A DNA stretch of 63,469 nucleotides, the filler included, from Reticulomyxa filosa (Eukaryota > Protista > Foraminifera): NCBI GenBank assembly GCA_000512085.1. It is 17 parts of 17 records of this genome, joined end to end, with 100 filler letters (N's around TTAATTAATTAA, not from the genome) between each part and the next. Parts side by side here need not be neighbours in the genome. Positions count along the whole stretch, not along the records: positions 1 to 6,177 come from ASPP01025354.1; positions 6,278 to 9,034 come from ASPP01026516.1; positions 9,135 to 14,127 come from ASPP01005013.1; 14 more parts are not named here. The stretch is one strand, 5' to 3'. Positions 1-13,039 of this stretch are shown piece after piece. Numbering within the stretch: the first letter of the stretch is position 1; each line of letters starts with the position of its first letter. Made by a program: the position numbers and the translations under genes. The notes under the pieces were generated by a model. The model saw only the letters and a program-made list of their open reading frames with translations, did no database searches and was not told where the DNA came from.

Positions 1-78
1 TTTATTCTATTTTTAAAGCTATGATCTTTTATCAAAAATACAGTTTTAAAAAAGGCTTCTCCCATAGAATCCTTAACA

Positions 79-2560
79 GTGGAAAGAAGTCAACTTGACG
101 AACGTAAACAAAGTTTGCAATTGGTCTTTAAAGTTAAGATACTTCAAAGTAGACTTGACGAAAAAAGAGATCCTCAAAAAGAAAGACATGACATCACAAG
201 TTCGACCAGAAGTGGAAACACTACAGCTGTGGTTGAGTGTCAAGACCGCAGAGTACTTCAAGCGAGAGGTATCTTGAAACTAACAACGATAACAAATTCT
301 GAGAATTTTGAGCAGTTAGACGAACAGAATGAGGACAACATTGTGACAAAGAAATATCACGAACCAGCTTCTTTGAATATCTTTTCAAACAAAGCCACAT
401 TGGATCAAATCACAAAAGGTTGTTCCATCACTCACAATCATCGACTCGCTAACTTTGACGACGGCACACCTGTAAACAATGATGTGAACCAGCAGTCAAT
501 AATCCAGCAAGTGCAAAAGCGTACAAGAAATTATTATAATTACGCATACTACTCAAAACTACTCGTGGTTAATCGAATTGAATTAACTGATAATAGAAAA
601 GGTACTTTTTAAAAACCATACGTATATTGTGTATACATATGTATACATAATGTACATGTACACATGGCCTTTTTTCCACTTTTTCATTTGTTGAGTTGTA
701 TATCGATTTTTAACAGCTTAAAAAAACAATCTGTTGACTTTTTTGCAGGTGTAACCAAATACATTGGAAAAGACGGTTGGTTAGACATTGAATTAGACAA
801 TGGCAACAACTACTTTACCACCAAAGAGGGCCATGGCTTGTTTGTCACAAGAGAAACAATTATTAAATAACTGGAGAATGCAGCCACAATGAAGAAATCT
901 TATTTGAAGTGAGCAACTGTGTCTTGCTTAAAGACAAAACTATTGGTCAGACTCAGCTTTTTTGTTTCATCTAAATATTTTCTCAGCTTTAAGGGTTCCA
1001 AATTTGGATACATCCAAAAAGAGTATATGTGTATACGTATATTTACTTATCCATATTGACAAGCTAACATGTTAAATGTGTCAATTGTAGGATTGAAGCC
1101 ACTTGAGCCTATTACAAATGGTGGCAATGGAATATTTGAAGGACAAAGGTACAAACACTGAAAAGTTTTTGTTTTATTTTAAATGTAGGATGTATTGACA
1201 AGACATTCTTATTTGATGATTGAATGAAAAAAAGATACTTTGCATGCATCGGCGATGTGGAGTCAATAGTGAAAAAACTCGTGCAGAAGTGCTGAGCAAA
1301 AACAGCCTGAAACGATCCCTGAAGATCCGGAAATGGGATCTTTTTTGAATTATCAGTCGACAGATAGAAGGAGCGTGGTGATTACTGAAGGCACAAGTGC
1401 GCAAGACAACAAGTTTGAACTAAATGATCAATTTACCGCCATCAGCAAAGGAAGAATTGAGTAAAATGGTCACAAAATTGCAAGTGAATGACCGTGTTGA
1501 AATCGCTGCAGGACGAACAGGTTTATTTTAATAATCATTTATCATTTTGTTTTGTTTATTCAAATGAACAAATGACATAATAATAAAATGTATATGTACA
1601 TATACATATATTTATATATGAAAAGAATTAATAGAAGTGAAAGTATTGGATAAACTACTTGCTAAAGGCTGTAATGGAAAAGGCAAGTTTTCGATGGACA
1701 TGGCTGACGATGAAAAACATTGACAAAGTGTTCCTGCAATTATCCGAACTTAGTTTATATGCAGCGATATGAAATCGAATTGCAAATTTGTGGTCGTCCA
1801 CTACATGGGATCTTTGATCGAATTGAGAAAGGATCAACAAAGACTCTCTTAGAGTTTGCCAAAGACGTATGAGTCGTGTTAGATGACTTTTCGGCCAATG
1901 CCATGGGCACCAATATTGTCACATGTATTGGTAACAGACTCGAGTGACCCTCCTTTATTGGAATGGAGTTGGACACGTGTGGAGCTCCACACGTGTCCAA
2001 CGATGGAACATTTGATGGACAAATACTATTTCAAAAGGGACGACAGTCAGTGTTCCAAGTCAGACGCAGAATTATTGTTCAAAGAAGGAGAAGCAGGAAA
2101 AAATCGTGTTTTGTTGCATTCGTGCGAAGAAGGGATTATCACATTGATCGGAAGTAGCAGTAGCTCCAATCAAACTGGCCGACGTGAAATAAAACTTGGG
2201 TAAACATCAGACACCATTGCAACAAGAATTACTGAAACATTTAAAGGTCAACGATCATGCGCTGTTAATGCGAGGACGGACTGATAAGGTAAAATATATT
2301 GACCCTGGCAAGATTTGACAAAGGTTTTTGAATTCAACTATCTACATCGTCAAAAATCAAAAATGGGAGATGTAGTCAGACGTGCAAGTCGAGCACGATG
2401 CTCCCTCCCCCCCTTCGAATGTGCCACCTGCGACGCAAAAAGCCCTGGCCGTGAAAGCTGGTGATAGAGTCATTCTCGATGCAGGCGACATTGGTAAGAT
2501 GGTGTTTGTGGGATCCATCAACTTTGACGACTGAGAAATCTTTTGTAGTTTGTTGGATAA
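79..2560 (+). pseudogene. Decayed multi-CAP-Gly domain gene
   Basis: Repeated CAP-Gly-like fragments across frames and exons: NRIELTDNRKG|GVTKYIGKDGWLDIELDNG..YFTTKEGHGLFVTR (580-870); EPITNGGNGIFEGQR (~1105); LQVNDRVEIAAGRTG (~1480); IGMELDT..NDGTFDG/KYYF (~1960-2035); VKAGDRVILDAGDIGKMVFVGS (~2450). Many stops, deletions and frameshifts. Confidence 0.75.
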
Positions 2561-3149
2561 TTGGCCGCCCAACGACCATGAGTCTCATTTCAAAGTTCGA
2601 ATGTCAGACCACATTTTGCGTCACGTATACCGATCCATGTGATACACTACCATATGTGGCGTGGGCTATGGCCACTGTGAAGGGAAACTAAAAAAAAAGA
2701 AAGCAAGTCGATTCACAGATCAACACTCCCGACAAACCTATAAAAACGAATGAATCTAGACGGACGGTAATGGAAAAAGAAGACACATAGATTAAGTTGT
2801 TGGCCACTGAAACATGCTCTTTGCATGGTGTTAATCTACTTGATCAAAGACAAAAAAAATTATATATATAAAGTGACACAGTTGTCTAGAGGACAGATTG
2901 AAAAAAAATTAAAATGCTTACAATTTCTCTTCCTCCTTTCCATCACAGTGTTCACATGAAACTTTGATGAATGTGTTGAAACACTGTGTCAATCCAAAGC
3001 AATTGATTTTGAAAGTTTGGAGTCTATATTTAAATATATGCGTGTTTGGTCAATATTCCTGATTATGCATTATTTATTTGTTGGTGAAAAAATTTCTCTG
3101 GAAAAATATATTGGCTACTGAAAAGAATTGATTATGTTACTTCCCATAT

Positions 3150-6100
3150 GAATGCATCCAATCTCACAATGATGCCTGAATTAATCCATCATATGGACTG
3201 TCAAGAGAGAGGATTGATGGTGTTTGGTAAATCTTTACTGACTATCAAAGAATCCCCTGATCTGTGGAATAATTTTAACATAACAATTTCATGTGTAGGG
3301 GGTAGCTTATTCTCTATCATGGCTTCTTCACACCATTTCAATATTTCTACAAAATTTGTTACATTTGGTGCAACCAAGCGTGCTTCTCACCAACGACGTG
3401 TCCCTATTACATTACAACAAATATTGGTGATGATGTTCGTTAAATTAGGTTGATATCGGTCAGTGGTGGATAATATTTTTTTTTATACATTTCTTCAAAT
3501 CGAATTTATTTGCATCTTTTCTACTTCTTTTAGATTTAAACTTCAAAAATTTTTTACGGCGCGTATAATTTGAAAAGATTCAGGTGAGCTGTGAGAAGTT
3601 GAAATTATTATTAAAAAAAACTAAAAGAAACAACAATTCACAAAAATACAAACATTTTTAATCAAAAAACTTGAGTCAAGTGTTAAATACTTGCAATCGA
3701 ATATGCACCAGTTTTACTTTATCTTTGCATACTGGCACTGCAACCACCACAGCAACTTTCCACAAGTACTGTGTTCTTTTGAAATCTGTGTTATATACGT
3801 GGTATTGATCATATATATTTCAATTTCAATCACATCACAAAAAACATTATAACTTGGAATAGGTTGCGCATATAATCAAAATAATAATTAGATCACCACT
3901 TCCAATATATCATGAGCCATATCACATATGGATCTTTACTTTTTTTTTTCAAATTGTACGTATTCAAAACGCAAACCATGGCCCATATTGGACGCACGCC
4001 GCCATTATAGATACTTGTTCATAACAAACAAATAAATGTATTGGAAAAATGGCAGGCGCGTGAGTTGAAGTGAGGCTTCAATGATTTGACATATTACGCT
4101 TCTTTAACACAATTCGACAATGATGTTACCACTTTTTCATGTATGCAACCCTCGATATTGTTGTGGTTGCTGTCACAGTTGCCATTGTACTGGGAATTCG
4201 CTGCAACACAAATGGTAATGTAAATATCAAAAACGTGTTCATCTACATTCAAAGTTTCATTGATATACCTTAGAATATCTGTTAAAAAATTTCAAGCAAC
4301 ACATATCACATACAAATAAATAATCAATATACGTATAAAGATGTTGCCATTAGTTTGAGCATGTACATATAAAAAAAATTGTACACATAAAAAACTTTTT
4401 CAAGCGATGGATCCAAACACAGTTATAACAGGTAACAGGGCCTGGGACAGGCGCACTAAATAACAGCAAGCCAGTGTCGAAGGAGGGACTCGACTGCTGA
4501 CATAAATGTTGTTCACACATCCAGCAGGCCCAGCATCACCAGCACATTGACAACATCCACACTTTTTTTCTTGGTTTGATAAATAATGGACCAGTTTTTG
4601 AATTGTTCATCAAATTGTCTACTGGCACGACGTTGTGCATTATATAACAAATGTGCACAACGTTAGCTCTTCATTGCACACCAAAGCAAGTCGTGGAATA
4701 TGGCATTGGCAATCAATTGCATTGAACAATTGACAAATGAAATGGACTGCGTTTTGTCGTCGTCATTACAGGTATCACTGGTGCCGCAATTGGCATTGTC
4801 ACAACTATCAAGAAGTTTCCATTGGATGCGCATTACATGAAATCAGTTCATGGATAAGAATGCGCAAAGCCGCCGCTCGCTGATGTGAATCCATTTTTTA
4901 ATAAAAGTAAAATCGCACAATATCTTTTTTACTTTGTAAAACAAATTCAACGCAGTATTCACGAAATCTTCGTTTTATTCATCCTCCTCATCATATCTTC
5001 TGGTTTGATGGTGATGTTGGTTTGAGTTTCCACTAAATGGAGCAACGATATCGGAAGGATAGTTCCATGTGATAGTGGCTAACTCGATCGTCATGTGCGC
5101 TTATTTATTTTTTACAACGTCCGTGCCATATTCTCCTTTGTCTTTCATTCCTTTTACCAACCCAGTCGCTGTTGTTGTTGCAAACTATTATCGATACGGT
5201 TCCATTTTTGAGCGATATTATCAAATTTTTTTCTTTTTTTTTTTTTTGGTGAGCTTGCCTTCGTAATCGGAGTGCCAAGACAAATTGTCGACGATTGAAC
5301 CGGTATAATTTTGTTCAACTGTCCAATGCGGTCATACAATAGATATTTTCTAAAATGTCAAATTCATTCGCTCTAATCAACCTTGTAGTGAGATACATCT
5401 TTGACATTGAATAATTATCGTTATTGGAAATTCTTGCACAATCACCACGTCCATTCAGTATTTTTGTATTGACATCGGATAAGTGAAGGTATCAACTGTA
5501 TTTCCTTTTTTTGACGTATTCGCCATTATTTTTCTTGCTTGCTTTCTTGAGGCCATTCAACACGTTGCCAGTAGTAAATAGCCAATCCTGGAGACAATTC
5601 AGGAAAGATTACATGATCTCTTTCGACAAATTCAAGGCAAACAACTCTTGCAGTGACGGCACCAGAAAATGCAATACTCGCTATCTGTTCACTATTTATT
5701 AATGTCCAATGTTGACTGCGAGCTTAAAATTCCTCCCATCAGCACGAACACGATCCAAAATCCAAATTTGGGCATATGCGTACGCACACGATCACTTTTG
5801 GCACGATTGCCCAATACCTACGTTTCGATTATTGTGCTCCGTTTATAAAATTAGCACCATTACCATATCGATCGAGTTTCCCTTGCCCATTGGAGCCAGT
5901 AGATTGCAGTTAAGCACAATCTTTGAAGATCATTGTTGGCATTGCAAAGTGTCATATGCTTGTGTCAACCTACATCTATGACAAACAAATTCTGTGCAAT
6001 ACTTCAGGTTACCGCTGCGAGACATTGACATGTTCGTTCAACATTTTCCATTTGGGACGCACCAATATGAAATTAGTATACGTCCGCGAGTGGCGACTTT

Positions 6101-6150
6101 GCGTGTTTTCCAAACGTAAAAAGAGATTCCATAACCAAAGTCAATAAAGT
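3150..6150 (-). pseudogene. Probable heavily decayed minus-strand gene relic(s), family unassigned
   Basis: GC is higher than in intergenic DNA. Protein-like minus-strand stretches are broken by stops (e.g. FVEILKWCEEAMIENKLPP; RVLHFLVPSLQELFALNLSKEIM*; DILRYINETLNVDEHVFDIY), with intron-like AT tracts between them. Confidence 0.35.
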
Positions 6151-6177
6151 CTTCCTATTTGGTTTTTTTTTTTTTTT

Positions 6178-6277
6178 NNNNNNNNNNNNNNNNNNNNNNN
6201 NNNNNNNNNNNNNNNNNNNNNTTAATTAATTAANNNNNNNNNNNNNNNNNNNNNNNNNNNNNNNNNNNNNNNNNNNN
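6178..6277. other. Artificial contig-joining linker (first of 16)
   Basis: N44-TTAATTAATTAA-N44. Identical linkers at 9035-9134, 14128-14227, 18845-18944, 24686-24785, 25821-25920, 27130-27229, 31752-31851, 35341-35440, 39482-39581, 42220-42319, 44782-44881, 48565-48664, 51710-51809, 52815-52914 and 62174-62273. Confidence 0.98.
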
Positions 6278-8350
6278 TTAAAGAAGCCATCGACAAAGAG
6301 TGGCTCAACGAAGCCGAAGAAGCGAGCCACAACGAAGCCAAAGAAAAAAGGCTCAATGAAGCCATTGTCGAAGAAAGGCTCAACGGAGCCACCAAAGAAG
6401 CGACGCAAGGTTTGATCTTTGTTAATATCTTTTCGCCATGTGGATGATCAACAAATAGACCAATTAAATATAATGTACAGGTGAATCCAAAGGTCGTGTC
6501 TAGTGGCAATAAACAAGAACCACAAGAGCCACCACAGCAGCTACTGCCCCAAAAAGACGAACATCAGCACCAGCAAGTCCAACCATCCGAGAAACCACAG
6601 CAGCAACGACGGAAACCAACGAAAAGAAGCATGCGCCAAGTCAACAACGACGAGATTACGCAAGAGACATTGCGTACATCAAAACGAGCACGAGTTAATT
6701 TTTTTTTTTTTGCGTTTCTAAAAAAAAAAAGCGTGCAAAGAATTGATGACGATATTTTTTTTTTTTGTGATTTGAATTGGAATTGACGATGAATGAAAAT
6801 AGATGTTGCAGATGTATGACAACATATGCTCATGCGTCAATGGATGGATGGACACATTGGGCAAATGTTGTGAGAGTCTATGTTGCCGAAGATTAAGGGT
6901 ATGCTGCATTGTGTCTTGAGTAATTGATTGAATATATTGGCATTGACTATAATTTATATGTGTATGATCTGTTGCAATAATAGAAGCAGCAACCCCAACA
7001 ACAACCACAGCCGCAGCAGTCACAGCAACAACAACAATCACAGCAGCAACCACAACAACGACAATCACAGCAGCTACAATCACAACAACAACAGCTGCAG
7101 CAACACCAACAACAATCCAACAACATCAGCAGCTCCAGCAACAACAGCAACAGCACCAACAAGAGACAAAGCCAGCCAATGAACGTGGCCAAGGGGTGAT
7201 GCAATATTTGCTCCCCCAAGAATTAATCCAATCGAAAAGAAAGCTGCTGGTGATGGACCTAGATGAGACAATGGTCTTCAGCACATTTGAAGTTTCGATT
7301 GTTTTTCTTTTTTTATTTGATACTTCTTTTTGTGTTATCTATAAATACAATACAATACAAACAAACATACACAATAAACAAAATAGGAAATGAAAAATCC
7401 TGACTTTGTGATTGATGGGATGAGCAAGTCAGGTCGTGTGAAGACGAAAGTAAAAGTTCGTCCATTCCTGCGCCGCTTCCTGTCAGAGTGCAGTAAAAAA
7501 TACGATATCGTCGTATTTACTGCCTCTGGGGCGCCGTATGCCAACTACGTGTTGGATAAAATTGATGTCGATTGCGTCATTGCGCATCGACTATTCGGTG
7601 ATAGCCTCACCAAGTTCGGTGACGGCAAATATATTAAAGTTTTGTTATGATCTATATTAAACATTATATCAAATTATGTTTACTTCAATAATATCAATAA
7701 TTGATTGTATGCTTGTGAATGTGTAAATGTTGCTTGTTTAGGACCTGGGACGACTTGGCAAGCCATTGGAAAAGGTCATTATAGTCGATGACATGCCGAG
7801 CTCGTATGCAGGCCAGTTCAACAATGCTGTGCCGATTGGAAAATTCAAAGGAGCTGCTGATGACCAACAAGTTCAATTTCAAACAAAAAAATACTTTATA
7901 TTTCTTTTTATGTTATTTATTTTGATGTTACAAACAAACAAACAAAAAATGAATACATAGCTTAAGCAATTGCTGCCAGTGCTGTTGACAGCATTGGCAG
8001 AAGCAGAAAACGTCCAGACAATATTAGATGGACGCCAATCGTTTGAGTGGCTGTGCTCAAAAGCAGCAATCGATGGGAAACCTATCCGGTATGCAATATC
8101 ATATTTGTACATGTATATTCACATTTTAAGATAAACAAACAATTGTATGTATGTGTATTTATAAATAAACAAATGACAATATAGGACCTACGAGGAATAC
8201 ATGGAGATGAAAAAAAAAGATTTTGAACTAGGTCCGGAGACGATGGAGGAGATGCAGCGCGAAGAACAGAGAATGAAGAGAAAGACTGATAAAATGCTCG
8301 CAGATATATTACGAAATGAATTTGGTACTAGATGGAATATCGGCGAGTAA
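6278..8350 (+). CDS. NIF/FCP1-like (SCP/CTDSP) HAD phosphatase with Lys-rich, Cys-rich and poly-Gln N-terminus; 5'-partial, spliced
   Basis: Catalytic LLVMDLDETMVFS (DxDxT), VKVRPFLRRFL, YDIVVFTAS..YANYVLDKID, YIK|DLGRLGKPLEKVIIVDD, NAVPI. Approximate exons: 6278-6409, 6481-6693, 6803-6898, 6984-7290, 7387-7638, 7742-7870, 7961-8087, 8185-8350 (TAA). One apparent frameshift near 7115. Confidence 0.92.
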
Positions 8351-8799
8351 TATTGCTGCTGCTATGCAACTGGACATTGAGCTATTGAACTGGTAAATAA
8401 ATAAATTTTTGAAATAATATGTTGTTAATTGATAAATAAGTGAATGGCGGTGCTCCAATAAATGCAATGTAATCTATATTTATATTTTTTGTATGTAATA
8501 ATAATAAAAGAAAAGTAGTTGACAACACATAAACATAATTGTTGTATTGTTTGTATAGACATACAAAGATATTTTGGATTGAGACAAATTGACAATTCGA
8601 GAAAAGAGCCACATGATATCACCAAAAAATGGAGCACCACAATATTTCCAGCTGGTAATATCTAAAGTACAAAAGATTGGAGTCATTTGGAGCAGAGCCA
8701 AACGGATATTACAAACACAACTAGCTGGGGACCAAGTATATGACGAACCTTTGTGGAGAGCATTGGATTTGGTAAAGCGATTTGGATTAAATCTGCTTG

Positions 8800-9034
8800 C
8801 GTTGAGTTGAATTTAGTTGGACTGCGTTGGATCACTTTGGGTTAATTTGGGTCGGAATGTAATGGATTGGATTACGTTGGGTTTAGTTGGGTTGAGTTAT
8901 ATTGATATGGAGTTAGTTGGGTTGCATTGGAGTATATTGGGTATAGTTTGTTTGTGCTGGACCGGATTGTGTTGAGTTGTCATGTATTAGATTGAGTTGA
9001 ATTGTGTTAAGAGTAGTTGGAGTGAGTAGGGTGT
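8800..9034. repeat. Degenerate pentanucleotide tandem repeat (GTTGG/GTTGA/GATTG-like)
   Basis: About 230 nt of 5-nt periodic G/T-rich units running to the contig end. Confidence 0.7.
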
Positions 9035-9134
9035 NNNNNNNNNNNNNNNNNNNNNNNNNNNNNNNNNNNNNNNNNNNNTTAATTAATTAANNNNNNNNNN
9101 NNNNNNNNNNNNNNNNNNNNNNNNNNNNNNNNNN

Positions 9135-9705
9135 CAACAACAACAACAACAACAACAATGACAACAATAAAAGAAACAGCGAGTGAAACTGTTGCAATTG
9201 TTAGACGACAGTTACGGAGGACAGTTGTTAAGCGACGTGTTGAACGATATGACGCAATGTCATATTGCACTATTGCTGGAACAAGAATTGATGTACTTTG
9301 TCGAGAAGAACGACAAGAACGATAAGAACGAGAGCAATCATTTGTTGATCTTCCCGGCGATGAACAGTTATCACCGACTTGTACTTCACAAACTCTGCGA
9401 GCGCTTTCGACTAAAAAGCGTGTCTTATCCCGCGCTTTGCGCGAGCACTTTGGACAGTGCCACGGAGGACACGTGCAACAGTCGTGACATCGACGTGGCT
9501 TTGTACGAAAGGAAGAAGCGACCGGACACAAAGATGGTGGAAGTCGAGTATATTCCCAATGAGTCGATCATTCCCAAACTGCGTTTAATCGATTTGTTTG
9601 TGCATACAAAGATTGCACATAATCCATTGCGCAAGAAGCTGTTCGACGAAATGAAACGCAGATTCGATACTTTTGCGACGCGATTTAAAGTCGTCACCGA
9701 CTATG

Positions 9706-9741
<36 letters not shown>

Positions 9742-10655
9742 GTAATAATGATGATGTGTACATGTCGGGCTCACAGAAACAGTGTGACTCCAATACTTTT
9801 CAGAGTCTTCACAATGACTATCGTCATCGCAATGCTAGTCACAACTTACTTTTGACCACACTTTCAAATCATCGAAATAAAAACACTTGCAAAATTCATC
9901 TCCCAGATTATGACTGGGATCTCATCTTAGCCAAACATACATCCACTGATACGACCAATGGCGGTCATGATCGTAATGCGGAAATTGATATGCAAAGCAC
10001 TTGGTCGCATGACCAGTTTGATCGACTTTGTCGGGAACATGATGATGCCAAACGGGCTGCAATGTCCCAAGAGACTATCGTCGTCGAAGACACCGAGGAA
10101 AAAGATCCCTCTTCACAAACTCAAACACAAACAACTGAGTCGCTTGTCGGAATTGAACATATTGTTGCTATTTTCATCCACTCTGCGGACGTGCCACACA
10201 ATGGCATCCCTATGCATGCACGTACAAACGCACGTGCACAAACAGACCTTGTAGATTTGGAATGGACACAAACGCTCCAAAATCTGAAACAATTTGGGAC
10301 GCTGCAAACTGTCGATACACATAGGGCGATTTTGATCTGTGTTGACATAGTGGATGAACAGTTGCTGACGCAGATGAACATGCAAAAAAAAGGTGACCTT
10401 GTGCAAATTACTAGATTCAGTGCATGCGATCCGAAAATTCAACAGCTTTGTGGGTTCAATACCTATGACCGTAACCAGGACAAGAAAAAACGGAGATACG
10501 TCATGGAAAAACATGCTGCGCATCGCATGATTCAACATGCACTGCAGCCCAACAAAAGAATTAATGCGCAATTGGAGAAAACAAAGCAAAAGCAACAAGC
10601 CAAGGTTTCTGGAAGACCTATTTACAGACCTCCTCAAGCCCGTCTCAAAGTCTAA
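9135..10655 (+). CDS. R3H-domain protein, R3HCC1-like; 5'-partial
   Basis: R3H motif LLIFPAMNSYHRLVLHKLCERFRLKSVS; RRM-like segment EHIVAIF..LQTVDTHRAILI; C-terminal AAHRMIQHAL motif resembling R3HCC1-family proteins. Single long ORF with poly-Asn. Confidence 0.75.
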
Positions 10656-11153
10656 CTCATTTATTGTTTGAATTTTGTTACTTTTGTTTCGGTTTTAATA
10701 CGTTAAAAAAAATAATATAATTAATAAAATATTGAATTATAAACAACACACAAAAATACAAACAAACACTTTCTTTTTTCCCATTATTCTATTTTATTGC
10801 GTATGTGCCTGCCTTTGTGTTATTGAACATGTGTTCCACACGAAAACTTTTTCAAAAATATTGTCTCAAATTTAAACCTTTTTCATCGTTTAAATGTCTT
10901 TTCTTTTAAAAATTATCAACTTCACTATTTTTGCAGTGAAATTAGTTAACCCATCGATATATTTTCAATTACAGCAGTCCCAATCATAGTGAAGTTATTT
11001 TAATATTGTTTACAATATTTGTTAAGTATTCCTTTTTCGCTGACCTGACATAATTGTTACGTTCCAAAACCCCCATCTTGTTAGTTCAACTTCAGTGGGG
11101 GAAAGCCGACTAAAAAAAAACTCGAAAATTATTTGAAATTGGCATTGTCCATA

Positions 11154-13008
11154 ATGAACTGGTTCAAAGGTCTACAGCAGCTAACCTGGAAAAAGTTTTT
11201 GTTGGAGTATTCAGCAGTGTTTGTAGGTGTTTTGGTTGGTATCCCTGTGGGGTTTAAAATCCGTGGTACGCAGGAACTAGAACAAGAAGCACTTAAGTCG
11301 TATTGGTATATGAACATAATGGGGATAGACCCTTCGTATCGCGTGTTGGTGACAAATATGGAAAATTTGCAAAACGCGTCACTGCCACCAGAGACATTTT
11401 TAGCAGCAGCAGAGAATGTTCTATCTAAAATTCGCGAACTGCAGCCCAACGAGCAAACACACCCAGTATTAAGACTGCAAGTTGAGATACATATATGCAT
11501 ATATGTAAATATATATATATATGTATATGAAAAATAAACAAAGGCAGCCCAATTTATCAAAGAATACTATGACATAATGGACAAGCAATGGCTATCAAAG
11601 TCAGATCGAAAGCATAGAGAGCAGCACAAATACGATATCATGAAAACGCGAAAGAGGCGAGACATGTTGTTGGCACACGACCTTGTCGACTTCAAGCACA
11701 CGACGTCGCCGGACCTCAGGAGATTGATTCGCGTGGACAAGATGAACTACGCGCGCCAATCGCAAGACGTGTTGCGCATGCAAGAGAGTTACCAAAGTCT
11801 GTTGGTTCCGATTCAAACGTGGTGGAAGTATCAGACCGGAGATGACGATGTCAATGCAAGCGATATGACCAATTTGTTTTTTCTTTTTGGCGGAATGCAC
11901 GCAATACCAAAGATAAAGCAAAGGCAATAGCAATAGCAATAGCAATGACAATGACGACATTACAATCATATCTAACACGTCGACATTGTCCGACGATCAG
12001 AAGTGGCATAGGACGTCGATCTCAGCGCTGGAGAAGGCATCGGAGAAGCGTCGCCAATTGCAGGCACGTGTGCATGCAGATTGGGACAGCTCACAGTCGA
12101 AGATGAGTGCGGAAGAGATGCAAACACTGAGAATGACAAAAACAGCGACAAAGACAGAGATAAAAACAGAGACAAAAACAGAGCCAGAGACAGAGACAGA
12201 GACAGTGGAGACAAAGCAAAGCGACAAAGAGCCACAACATAATACCAAAGTTATAAACAAGGGTTTGACGGAGGAGGAGCTCATGACCATCTTCGATCAC
12301 GCGCCTTATCTCGGCGATTGGAAGAGATATGAGGAAATTGGGGACGCTTTCCAACAGAGTTTTGGAGATATCGATAGTCTTGCTTTTAGCAAGTTCAATG
12401 ACAATAGTATCAATGTCAACGACCTTTATGTACTCACCAAACAGTATGACTTGGGTCACACTATCGTCCTCCCCAATGACGCCTCCTTGCGCTTTTCTCG
12501 TCGCACCATTCGCAGTATTCGTGTCAAGTATCGCCAGTGCAATATCACGCCGATCGACATGAATACCAATACCAATACCAATACCAATGCCATTGGCGGC
12601 AATGATCATTATTCCAGTCCTTTGTTGCAGAAGTCGTCGTCCTCGACTCGGGACACTTTGGAGTGCAAAGCACTCCAATCTTCGTTGCAAGAGTTTACCA
12701 AAACACACCAATCCCAGTGGCATACTTTGCTTGACCAAGAGGTCAAGCCGACCACAGACTATTCCATTAAGGTGTCACAGGTCCAATCCACTGTCGATGG
12801 AGAAGCGAGTGCCATCGATACTCATGCTCTTCGGCCCAGCATACACTTTTTGGGGGGGGTGCAGAAGTGCTTCAGTTTGACTGGCTGTGTCAATCGCGTG
12901 CAAGGACCGGTCTATCCCAACCATCTTTATCTGCGAATGAGAGGGTCCACTGTTTATTCTCTTCCCGAACTCGTCGACGATTTGCATCACAGCAAAGCTC
13001 AACTTTAG

Positions 13009-13039
<31 letters not shown>

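Noticed and set aside
6178-6277. Recurrent TTAATTAATTAA between N runs as a biological repeat or CRISPR-like array
   Set aside because: Fixed 44N-12-44N format with six-frame stops; a synthetic concatenation spacer. Neighbourhood across linkers was not interpreted.
6718-7271. Poly-Cys/Val/Leu antisense ORFs (also 46084-46322, 25233-25872)
   Set aside because: Shadows of CAA/AAT/GAA trinucleotide tracts in the real sense-strand genes.
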